Sequence record: SRR20825010_3141 | Strand: one strand, 5' to 3' | Length of the DNA stretch: 49,826 bases | In this document: positions 37,725-46,400 of the stretch, piece by piece | Layout of the letters: every line of letters begins with the position of its first letter | Numbering within the stretch: position 1 is the stretch's first letter | Made by a program: the position numbers and the translations under genes | The notes under the pieces: generated by a model | What the model was told of the DNA's origin: nothing | Databases searched by the model: none | What the model saw: only the letters and a program-made list of their open reading frames with translations

Positions 37725-38843
37725 ATGTCTTGGACCCTTACGAAAAATCGACGTGCGTCTGATTTGTGTGTCACAACTTGTTTGCAGCCTGGACGGCGAA
37801 TTGCCGCTGTCCGTTTCTTTGCCGCATTGGCAATGGTTGCCGCCATGGTGTGTGTTGGTGTCAGCGACGTAGCGGCACAGTCTTGCAGTTGTGGCGAACC
37901 AGCCTGTGGTCTGGACTCGCCTACCTGTGGCAGCGAGCCAACCTGCGGTTTCGAACCGGCTTGCGGATGCGAAGCTCCGCTTGCGTTCCCCGCGTTGCGT
38001 GCACATCTGAGTGCTTCTTGTGGTTGTGAAACCGAGTGCTCCTGCGGTGTGGAACCAGAGTGTGGGGCGGAACCTCTTCGCGGCGTAGCACCGTTCTTCG
38101 CTAGCGAACCCAACTGCGGATTCGACGTGACCTGTGGTTGCGAGTCCGCAGGATGCTCCAGCTGCAGCAAACCGGATAGCGGCGGATTCCTCGGGCGTCA
38201 TAAAGTTCAAAAATGCAATCCGATCTATCAGACATTGGACCTCGCCGCTTGTGGCGTGGAACGCGTTTTTGAAGTCGGTGCGTTCTTGGTGCACGGAAAA
38301 CGTTGTCATCGCGGATGCGAATCCGGATGTCAGACCTGCAGTCACTGCGAATCTTCAGCGGGTGCGATGCATAGCCACGAAGTGCATTCGTACGGCCATC
38401 ATCAAGTGATCGAAGCTCCCATCGTGATGGAATCTCGCGGGATACCACACATGTCGAGCCCTAGCGTGAACGAGATGACGCCGTATGTTCAGCGAAAACC
38501 AAGCGTGCAAGGGATTCCAACCCCCGCACCTCAGCCACTCACCGACGGACCGAAGACAACCATTCGCAAATCAAATCCTGGCTTGCCTGCGATTCCAAAA
38601 CCGGTTCCCGCGGAGGCGACCCAGAATCGCAATTCAAAAGGACGTGCGGGATCGTTGTTCGACGAAATGCGAAACCCGTTCGAAGATGATTCGGCCAGCC
38701 TCAGCAAGCGTCGAGTCAAGGTTCGCCAGACTTCGTTTGATGGCGGCGAACCAGAAAGCTTGCGTCGAATTCCACGACCGGTTCGCAAAGCGGCAACGCA
38801 GCCAACCGAAGCGGATGACTTTGCCGACTATTTTCGAAAGTAG
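37725..38843 (+). CDS. Secreted Cys-rich repeat / Pro-rich hypothetical protein
   Basis: Signal-like FFAALAMVAAMVCVGVSDVAAQ, repeated (E/S)PxCG units, a His-rich patch and a Pro-rich tail with NPFEDD. The start is uncertain. Confidence 0.65.
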   Translation: MSWTLTKNRRASDLCVTTCLQPGRRIAAVRFFAALAMVAAMVCVGVSDVAAQSCSCGEPACGLDSPTCGSEPTCGFEPACGCEAPLAFPALRAHLSASCGCETECSCGVEPECGAEPLRGVAPFFASEPNCGFDVTCGCESAGCSSCSKPDSGGFLGRHKVQKCNPIYQTLDLAACGVERVFEVGAFLVHGKRCHRGCESGCQTCSHCESSAGAMHSHEVHSYGHHQVIEAPIVMESRGIPHMSSPSVNEMTPYVQRKPSVQGIPTPAPQPLTDGPKTTIRKSNPGLPAIPKPVPAEATQNRNSKGRAGSLFDEMRNPFEDDSASLSKRRVKVRQTSFDGGEPESLRRIPRPVRKAATQPTEADDFADYFRK

Positions 38844-38994
38844 TCACGGCCGACCGGGCTTGGTTTTTAACCAGGATTGACGGGCCCGGCGGATTGCAGC
38901 TTGCGTCTGATGATCGAACGAGGCCAGGTGATTCGTTGACATGATTTGGATGGTCTACAATGGTGACGGGTGAGTAGCCCGTCGCCATTTTTTT

Positions 38995-40155
38995 GTGGAT
39001 TCGCTTGCCGTGACTCGGCAGCTGGATTCGCTTTGGTCTTCGTTCTCGTTGGATTTGTTTGTCGTGGCAAGACGCACCGTATTGATCCTATTTGCAATGC
39101 TGATGATTTGGGTTGGTTCCGCCGATCCGTTCACGCATGCGGATATCATCACGTTCAACGGCGGTGCGGATGATTCGACCGAACAAGAACAAACCATCGA
39201 TGCCGAAATTTTGGTTGAGGCTGCCGACGGTGGTGTATTGGCTCGCTGTGACGCTGGGCGGTTGTGGACGATTCAGCCGGACATGATCGTTCAAAGAACT
39301 GAGCAACCGGCAGGACCGCCAATTGATCAAGAGACCATGGCTCGTCGAATGTTAAACGAGTTACCAGATGGTTTTCAGGTTTACCGGACAGCGAATTATT
39401 TGCTGCTTCACCAAGGTAACGAAGCCTATGCGAGAGATTGCGGTGTTTTGTTTGAACAGCTGCACCGTGGTTTTTTTACGTACTGGAAAAATCAACACGT
39501 TGATCTCGAAGAGCCGCGTTACCCCTTGGTCGCGTTGGTGCTTGCGAATCACAATGAGTTTTTGAAGTACGCGAGCCAGGAGATTGGCGACACGGCGAAG
39601 AGCGTCATCGGTTATTACCATTTGGAGAGCAACCGAATGACAACGTTCCGAGTGCCAAACTTGGAACGAAACATTGCGACGATCATTCACGAAGCGACAC
39701 ACCAGTTGGCCTACAACTGCGGGTTGCAAACTCGGTTCGCTGATAATCCGATGTGGGTCAGCGAAGGATTGGCAATGTTTTTTGAATCGCCGGACTTCAG
39801 CAACCCGCGTGGTTGGCGTGGGATCGGGCGAGTCAACGCGGTCAACCTAGGGCGATTTCGACGCTACCTTTCTTCGCGACCGGATGATTCACTCGCGACA
39901 CTTTTGTCGGACGATTCACGGTTCCGTTCCGTTTCAACGGCGGAAGACGCTTACGGCGAATCTTGGGCGTTGACGTATTTTTTGTTGAAGACGCAACGGA
40001 AAGAGTTTGTGTCGTATTTACAAAAACTCAGCGAATCCAAACCTCTCGACGAAAGAACGCCTCGAGAACGAATCGAAGATTTCGAAAGCTCGATGGATAT
40101 GACCCTGGAGCAGCTCGATCGCAAATTCATCACTTACATGCGACGCGTTCGCTAG
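38995..40155 (+). CDS. DUF1570-type exported protein with zincin HExxH motif
   Basis: GYYH, TIIHEATHQLAYNCG, PMWVSEGLA.FFE, YGESWALTYFL; N-terminal signal-like stretch. The true start may be ATG 39097. Confidence 0.75.
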   Translation: MDSLAVTRQLDSLWSSFSLDLFVVARRTVLILFAMLMIWVGSADPFTHADIITFNGGADDSTEQEQTIDAEILVEAADGGVLARCDAGRLWTIQPDMIVQRTEQPAGPPIDQETMARRMLNELPDGFQVYRTANYLLLHQGNEAYARDCGVLFEQLHRGFFTYWKNQHVDLEEPRYPLVALVLANHNEFLKYASQEIGDTAKSVIGYYHLESNRMTTFRVPNLERNIATIIHEATHQLAYNCGLQTRFADNPMWVSEGLAMFFESPDFSNPRGWRGIGRVNAVNLGRFRRYLSSRPDDSLATLLSDDSRFRSVSTAEDAYGESWALTYFLLKTQRKEFVSYLQKLSESKPLDERTPRERIEDFESSMDMTLEQLDRKFITYMRRVR

Positions 40156-40238
40156 CGGAATCTGGGCATCGTCGCAGTCTGGTGTCCAGTGGAACGCGTT
40201 TGCGGGACCGCAAATTCTTTTGCAACTTCGACGTCGCG

Positions 40239-41480
40239 TTAGAACTCGCCGTTGATGATTTCGCGTGCGGCGCGTGTTCCCAGTGAGCCCCACAAACCAT
40301 AGGGGCTTTCCGATCCAGCGGCTGTTGGGCTGTCGGTTTGCCCAGACAACGCTTTGCAGTAAACGCATGGGAAGCGAGAATTGCCGGCTTCGATGGAGTC
40401 GGTGATGAACTTCACCGCGCCATCGGACATGGCGACGTGAACTCCGCCGATGTGATAGCTGCTTGGTGGCGCGATGCCATAGGTATCGGAATGCCCGACC
40501 AAGCAGACTTCTGAGTTGGGCCCGAGAATGGTGTTGAATTGTGACTGGAGCGTGTGGAAATCCGCCCACCGCAGGCCGCGTTGTGACACCGGTGCATAAA
40601 CGCGAGCATCTTCGGTCCAGAAGTTTGGACGTTCGGGATCGATGAACCCGAGGTCAAAACATCGCTTCGGGTTGTTCGCGATTTGAAAGAACCCGCCTTT
40701 CGCGTTGGTAAATCCGATCGTGCGGTTATCGCGATCGTCCAACCCTGTTGCGATTTCACCGACCGCGATGGTGTTGCTGAGTCCATCGGTGAAATCCCGA
40801 AAACGCATCGACTTGCGAGGCACGAAGGCACCGCGGAGTCCGCATTGAGCGCGTTGCATTGCCAAACGTTCGTTGTATTCCCAACGGTTCGCACTCGTGT
40901 TCCAAACCGTCACTCCATGCTCGGCTTCATAAAAGCCATCGCCGGTGCAGGCTGCGTAATTCGTGCGGCCGAGTCCTGGCAATCCAAATCCGGGGTCGCT
41001 CGGGCACCGATAGGTTGGGATCTCGGTTGCCCATGGCGGGTATTGGATCGTCCAAGGACGTGGTCCAAAGGCGGGCCAGATATCGCCATCCGCTTCGATC
41101 AACGGGTTGCTGATCATCGACCAAATGGATTGTTGTTCAACGTACGGCAGCAAACCAACCAAATAGGTCAGCTCCATTCGTGTGAATCCCGTGCCGTCAT
41201 TCGCACTTCCACGACCGGCGGTGTTGTCATTTTCATCGGTTGGTCCGACGCCGTGAATCGGCAACTGGTTGAAAGCCGCGTGGTAGTTGTGCAGCCCCAA
41301 TCCGATTTGCTTCATGTTGTTGCCGCAGCTCATTCGTCGAGCCGCCTCGCGTGCGGACTGAACCGCTGGCAGAAGCAATGCGACCAAGACACCAATGATG
41401 GCGATGACCACCAATAGTTCGACGAGAGTGAACGCGAAGCGTCCTGAGTCGCAGCGTCGAGATGGACGAGAGAGAAGCAT
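40239..41480 (-). CDS. DUF1559 prepilin-type N-terminal cleavage/methylation protein with H-X9-DG motif
   Basis: AFTLVELLVVIAIIGVLVALLLPAVQSAREAARRMSC.NN.KQIGLGLHNY, TDGLSNT..GE, HIGGVHVAMSDG. Confidence 0.93.
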   Translation of the reverse strand: MLLSRPSRRCDSGRFAFTLVELLVVIAIIGVLVALLLPAVQSAREAARRMSCGNNMKQIGLGLHNYHAAFNQLPIHGVGPTDENDNTAGRGSANDGTGFTRMELTYLVGLLPYVEQQSIWSMISNPLIEADGDIWPAFGPRPWTIQYPPWATEIPTYRCPSDPGFGLPGLGRTNYAACTGDGFYEAEHGVTVWNTSANRWEYNERLAMQRAQCGLRGAFVPRKSMRFRDFTDGLSNTIAVGEIATGLDDRDNRTIGFTNAKGGFFQIANNPKRCFDLGFIDPERPNFWTEDARVYAPVSQRGLRWADFHTLQSQFNTILGPNSEVCLVGHSDTYGIAPPSSYHIGGVHVAMSDGAVKFITDSIEAGNSRFPCVYCKALSGQTDSPTAAGSESPYGLWGSLGTRAAREIINGEF

Positions 41481-41699
41481 GACGGATCCACAAGAAAACG
41501 TGGGATGTGATGTCAATGCTTCCATGCATGTGCCGAAGTCGTTTTACGCATGACGTCAGGAGTCAACAAGTAAAAATTTGCAACCCAACAGTGGAAGCAC
41601 GATCAAGCGTCCTCGCCGTGGCTTGCACGACTAGCTGACCGTCATCGAACACGCGACAATGGGGCTTTCGTCCGTTACCGCTACCATCGAGAGAGTGTC

Positions 41700-42095
41700 A
41701 TGCGTTTGTTGTTAGGTTTAGGAATTTGTTGTGTCGCCGCCGCGGTCATGCAGTTGTCAGCAACGGGAGCTGAGGAAGAAGTGTCTAAAAAAATGCTCCG
41801 TCACGTGGTGATGTTCGGGTTCAAAGACGCCAGTTCAGAAGCAGACGTCCAAAAGGTCGTCGACGCGTTTCGCAATTTGCCGAATGAAATCCCTGAGATC
41901 GCGGATTTCGAATACGGCACCAACAATTCGCCTGAGGGTCTCAACGACGGTCTGACTCATTGCTTTTTGGTGACCTTCAACAGCGAGAAAGATCGCGAGG
42001 CGTACCTGCCGCACCCCGCGCACAAGGCATTTGTTGAAGTGCTGAAGCCTCACCTCGAAAAAGTGGTCGTCATCGATTATTGGGCCGATAAGTAG
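41700..42095 (+). CDS. Dabb (stress-responsive alpha/beta barrel) protein with signal peptide
   Basis: Signal peptide, then LRHVVMF.FK, GTNNSPEG...G.THCF.VTF, YLPHPAH, VIDY. Confidence 0.88.
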   Translation: MRLLLGLGICCVAAAVMQLSATGAEEEVSKKMLRHVVMFGFKDASSEADVQKVVDAFRNLPNEIPEIADFEYGTNNSPEGLNDGLTHCFLVTFNSEKDREAYLPHPAHKAFVEVLKPHLEKVVVIDYWADK

Positions 42096-42096
42096 T

Positions 42097-42175
42097 CCGG
42101 TTGATGACGTTCCAGACCGGTTGATCAGGTTCCACCCGCCCGATTTGGCGGATTTTGTGCTGCCCTTGATCAGGT
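42097..42175 (+). repeat. Short degenerate direct repeats
   Basis: CCGGTTGATGACGTTCCA (42097) and CCGGTTGATCAGGTTCCA (42117) with a 20-nt period; partial third copy TTGATCAGGT at 42166. Confidence 0.55.
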
Positions 42176-42198
42176 CCGGAACCAGCTCAAATAATTCA

Positions 42199-42242
42199 GA
42201 AAAGCCCGGCAATTGCGGTCCAAAACAGCTGCCGGGCTTTTT
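42199..42242 (+). terminator. Rho-independent terminator after the Dabb gene
   Basis: AAAAGCCCGGCA ... TGCCGGGCTTTTT inverted repeat with A and T flanks. Confidence 0.75.
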
Positions 42243-42279
42243 CGTTGACCGAGCGAAACGGCCCGGATCGGCTGAACGC

Positions 42280-42308
42280 TTGACCAAATTTGCATCCGTG
42301 GCTATTCT
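42280..42308 (+). promoter_or_regulatory. Sigma70-type promoter for the lysR gene (and possibly gltBD)
   Basis: TTGACC-N17-TATTCT, directly downstream of the terminator. Confidence 0.55.
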
Positions 42309-42344
42309 CCGTCATCAATCCGGCTAAGAGTGGCTGGGTGCATC

Positions 42345-42359
42345 ATAAGGAAATTTAAT
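42345..42359 (+). promoter_or_regulatory. Putative LysR box (T-N11-A) for autoregulation
   Basis: ATAA-GGAAATT-TAAT, an AT-rich imperfect dyad 8 nt upstream of the lysR start. Confidence 0.45.
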
Positions 42360-42367
42360 ACAGCAGG

Positions 42368-43345
42368 TTGTCGTTGCAGTTTCGTACGCTTGAATTGTTC
42401 TGTCGTGTCGCAGATCACCGTAGCTTTTCCAAAGCGGCGGTTGATTGCGGATTGACTCAGAGCGCGGTCAGTCAAGCCATCAGCGGATTGGAAGAATCCG
42501 TTGGTGCGTGTCTGATTGATCGCTCAAGTCGACCATTGGGTTTGACAGAAGCGGGCGAGATTTATCTGTGCGGCGTCCGCGACGTGATCCGCCAATACAA
42601 CGAACTGGAACAGCGTGTCCGGTTCCGAGGCGAGCGATTGACCGGCAGTGTCACCGTTGGTGCGATCTATTCGGTCGGTCTGAGCTACATGCCCGAAGCC
42701 ACTAAGGTTTTCGAGACTCAGCATCCCGACGTCAAAGTTCGAACCGAGTTCGGAAGCAGCCAACGTGTCGTGCAAATGGTGCTCGATGGCGGCGTCGAAT
42801 TTGGCTTGGTGAGTTTCCCTCGCAGCACAAAAGCCTTGGGCACCATTCCTTGGCAATCCGAGCCGATGCGTTTGGTTTGTTCCGACGACCATCCTTTCGC
42901 CAAGCGAACCGAAGTCTCCGCTTCAGAACTGAGTGGCATGGAGATGGTTGGCTTTGAGAGAGGGTTGGTGCTGCGTCAGGCCATCGACCAGTGTTTGAAA
43001 CGAGCCGGAATCTCGGTTGTGACTCAGATGGAGTTTGACAACGCGGACTCGATGGTGCGTGCCATTCAAGCGAACCGAGGTTTGGGAATCGTTCCCGAAG
43101 CGGCGGTCCGACGCGAGACAGCCAATGGGACATTACGCGTGGTCGCTTGTCCCGAAATTCAGATGGTCCGGCCACTCGGGATCATCTTTCGCCGCAGCAG
43201 CAAACTCAGTCGCGCGGCAATCGAGTTGGGATCACTTCTTCTGGGGCGGGAGATGGAGCCTGAACTGAGAACCAAATCAGAAGCTGCAAAAGCAGATCGA
43301 AAGAAAAATCAAACCAAAGACCGGGCGGTCTCGGTCGTCGCATGA
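42368..43345 (+). CDS. LysR-family transcriptional regulator
   Basis: HTH SFSKAA..CGLTQSAVSQAI..LE...G..LIDR....LTEAG plus substrate-binding domain; TTG start. Confidence 0.93.
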   Translation: MSLQFRTLELFCRVADHRSFSKAAVDCGLTQSAVSQAISGLEESVGACLIDRSSRPLGLTEAGEIYLCGVRDVIRQYNELEQRVRFRGERLTGSVTVGAIYSVGLSYMPEATKVFETQHPDVKVRTEFGSSQRVVQMVLDGGVEFGLVSFPRSTKALGTIPWQSEPMRLVCSDDHPFAKRTEVSASELSGMEMVGFERGLVLRQAIDQCLKRAGISVVTQMEFDNADSMVRAIQANRGLGIVPEAAVRRETANGTLRVVACPEIQMVRPLGIIFRRSSKLSRAAIELGSLLLGREMEPELRTKSEAAKADRKKNQTKDRAVSVVA

Positions 43346-43412
43346 TCCGCGACTCAGACTCAAACGCCCCTTCATAGTCCACACATCCCCTCATCCCCAA
43401 GTTGTTTCAGTT

Positions 43413-46400
43413 ATGACCAAGCAACCTTTGTTTCACCTGCCGCCGGCCCAAGGACTGTACGACCCTGAGCACGAGAAGGATGCGTGTGGCGTTGGGTTTG
43501 TTGCCCATATCAAAGGGGCACCCAGTCATCAAATCGTGATCGATGCCGACACGATTCTGCAAAATATGGACCACCGCGGTGCGTGCGGATGTGAACCCAA
43601 CACCGGTGACGGTTCGGGAATCATGTGTGGACTGCCCCATAAGTTTTTGCAAAAGGTTGCCAAAGCAGATCTCGGTGTGGAACTGCCCGAAGAAGGCAAG
43701 TTCTCGGCTGGTTTGATCTTCTTGCCAACCGACGAAGCCGAGCGAAAGGTCTGCAAGGACACGATCGCTCGATTGATCGAAGAAACCGGTCAGAAATTGA
43801 TCGGCTGGCGTGATGTGCCGCAAGAGACGGATGCTGCCGACGTTGGCCCGACGGCTCGTCAAAGCGAACCTGTGATTGAACAGTTGTTCGTCGGTGCGGC
43901 AGACGGTCTGAGCAATTTGGAGTTCGAGCGTCAGCTTTACTTGATCCGCAAGCAAGCCAGTCATGAGCTGCGCGGCGGTACAAAAATCAAGCAAGCCTTG
44001 ATGTTCTACGTGTGTTCGTTGTCGACCAAGGTCATCATTTACAAGGGCATGCTCACGCCAGCCCAAGTGATGCCTTACTTCCCCGATCTTCGTGACGAAG
44101 ATTTTGAGACGCACTTGGCGATGGTCCACAGTCGTTTCTCGACCAACACGTTCCCCAGTTGGGACCGTGCTCAGCCACTTCGTTTCATGAGCCACAACGG
44201 CGAAATCAACACGCTTCGCGGCAACGCGAACTGGATGCGTGCTCGTGAAGGCACGGCCGCCAGCGAGATTTATGGCGACGAACTGAAAAAGTTGTTCCCG
44301 GTTGTCGAGCCGCACTTGAGCGACTCGGGAACGTTCGACAACGTGCTTGAATTCTTGTTGATGAACGGTCGCACGCTGCAAGAAGCCATCATGATGATGG
44401 TTCCCGAAGCTTGGCAAAAGCACGAAACGATGCCTGAAGAAAAGCGTGCGTTCTACGAGTACTTCAGTTGCATGATGGAACCTTGGGACGGCCCCGCTTC
44501 GATCGCTTTCACCGACGGAAAGTGCATTGGCGCAACGCTCGACCGAAACGGTTTGCGTCCGAGTCGCTACTACATCACGCACGACGATCGTGTGATCATG
44601 GCAAGCGAAGTGGGCGTGTTGCCTGTTGACCCATCGATCGTTCGCGAAAAAGGTCGCTTGCAACCTGGCAAGATGTTCTTGATCGACTTCGAAGCCGGAC
44701 GTTTGATCCCTGACGAAGAACTCAAGGCCGACTTTGCTCGCAAAAAGCCGTACGGCAAATGGCTCAAGCAACAACGCATTCGCTTGGCCGACTTGCACCC
44801 TGAAGCCGAAGGTCACGGGTTCGACGGCGACACCTTGCTGCCACGCATGCAAGCGTTTGGTTACACCGCCGAAACGATGAACTTCATGCTTCGTCCGTTG
44901 GTCGAGCAACTGCGTGACCCTGTCGGATCGATGGGCAATGACTCGGCGCTAGCATGTTTGTCCGACAAACCACGGATGATCTATGACTACTTCAAACAAC
45001 TGTTTGCTCAGGTGACCAACCCCGCGATCGACTCGATTCGCGAAGAAGTCATCATGTCGCTGGAGTGCTACATCGGTCCCGAGCAAAACTTGCTTGCCGC
45101 AACTCCGGAGCACTGTCACCGGTTGCTGATTGACCATCCAATTTTGACCAACGAAGAAGTCGCCGCCCTCAAGCACGTCGACCACGAACGCTGGCACAGC
45201 CGCGTGATTGACACAACGTTTGATCGTTCCGAAGGTAAGGCTGGTCTGACGAAGACTCTGGATCGGATTTGTGCCGAAGCCGAAGCCGCTGTCGACGAAG
45301 GTCTGCAAATCATCGTCTTGAGCGACCGCGATGTTTCTCACGATCGTGTGCCCGTCAGCATGCTGTTGGCCACCGGTGCGGTTCACCATCACTTGGTCGC
45401 CAAAGCCAAGCGGACTCGTGTTGGCATTGCCGTCGAAACCGGTGAAGCTCGCGAAGTGCACCACCACTGCTTGCTGATCGGTTACGGTGCTGATGCGATC
45501 AACCCGTACCTCGCATTCGAAGCGTTGTGGCAGGCTCACCGTGACGGTCTGATGTCGCCCACCTTGGATGACGACAAGATCGTTGCCGCGTACCGCAAGG
45601 CCGTTGCCAAAGGCATGCTGAAGGTCATGGCCAAGATGGGCATCAGCACCCTGCAAAGCTACAAGGGTGCACAGATTTTCGAAGCCTTGGGGCTCCGCGA
45701 TGAAGTCATCAAACGCTGCTTCGTTGGCACCGCCAGCCGTATCCAAGGGGTGACGTTCGACGTCATCGCCGAAGAAACGCTGCGTCGTCACAAACTCGGT
45801 TTCCCCGACAAGGAATCCGATCGCCTGACTCAGTTGCCAAACCTGGGCGAATTCCACTGGCGTGCCGAGGGTGAAAAGCACGCTTGGAGTCCTCAAGCGA
45901 TCAGCTCGCTGCAAATCGCCGCTCGCAACAACAATGAAGACGCGTACTGGAAGTTCTCGCACGAAATCAACGAGGACAACCGAACGCGTTGCACACTGCG
46001 TGGTTTGCTGGACTTCAAAGAAGGCGTCGGCGGACCAGCGTTGCCCTTGGACGAAGTTCAATCGGCCAAGGACATTGTCAAACGATTCTGCACCGGTGCG
46101 ATGAGCCTCGGCAGCATCAGCGCCGAATCGCACGAAACGCTCGCCATTGCGATGAACCGTTTGGGCGGCAAGAGCAACACCGGTGAGGGCGGCGAAGATC
46201 CAAAACGCTTCCTACCACTGCCCAATGGCGACACCAAGCGATCCGCAATCAAGCAAATCGCATCGGGACGCTTCGGTGTCACGATCGAATACTTGACCAA
46301 CGCGGATGAGTTGCAAATCAAAGTCTCGCAGGGTGCAAAACCTGGCGAAGGCGGCGAGTTGCCCGGCAAGAAAGTCGACAACTACATCGCCAACATTCGC

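Noticed and set aside
37878-38160. 18-nt periodic repeats as a CRISPR array or VNTR
   Set aside because: They are degenerate coding repeats (EPxCG) with no unique spacers, and no cas genes are present.
38936-38961. TTGACA...TACAAT as a sigma70 promoter
   Set aside because: The spacer is only 14 nt. The -10 box may be real, but the pair is not supportable.
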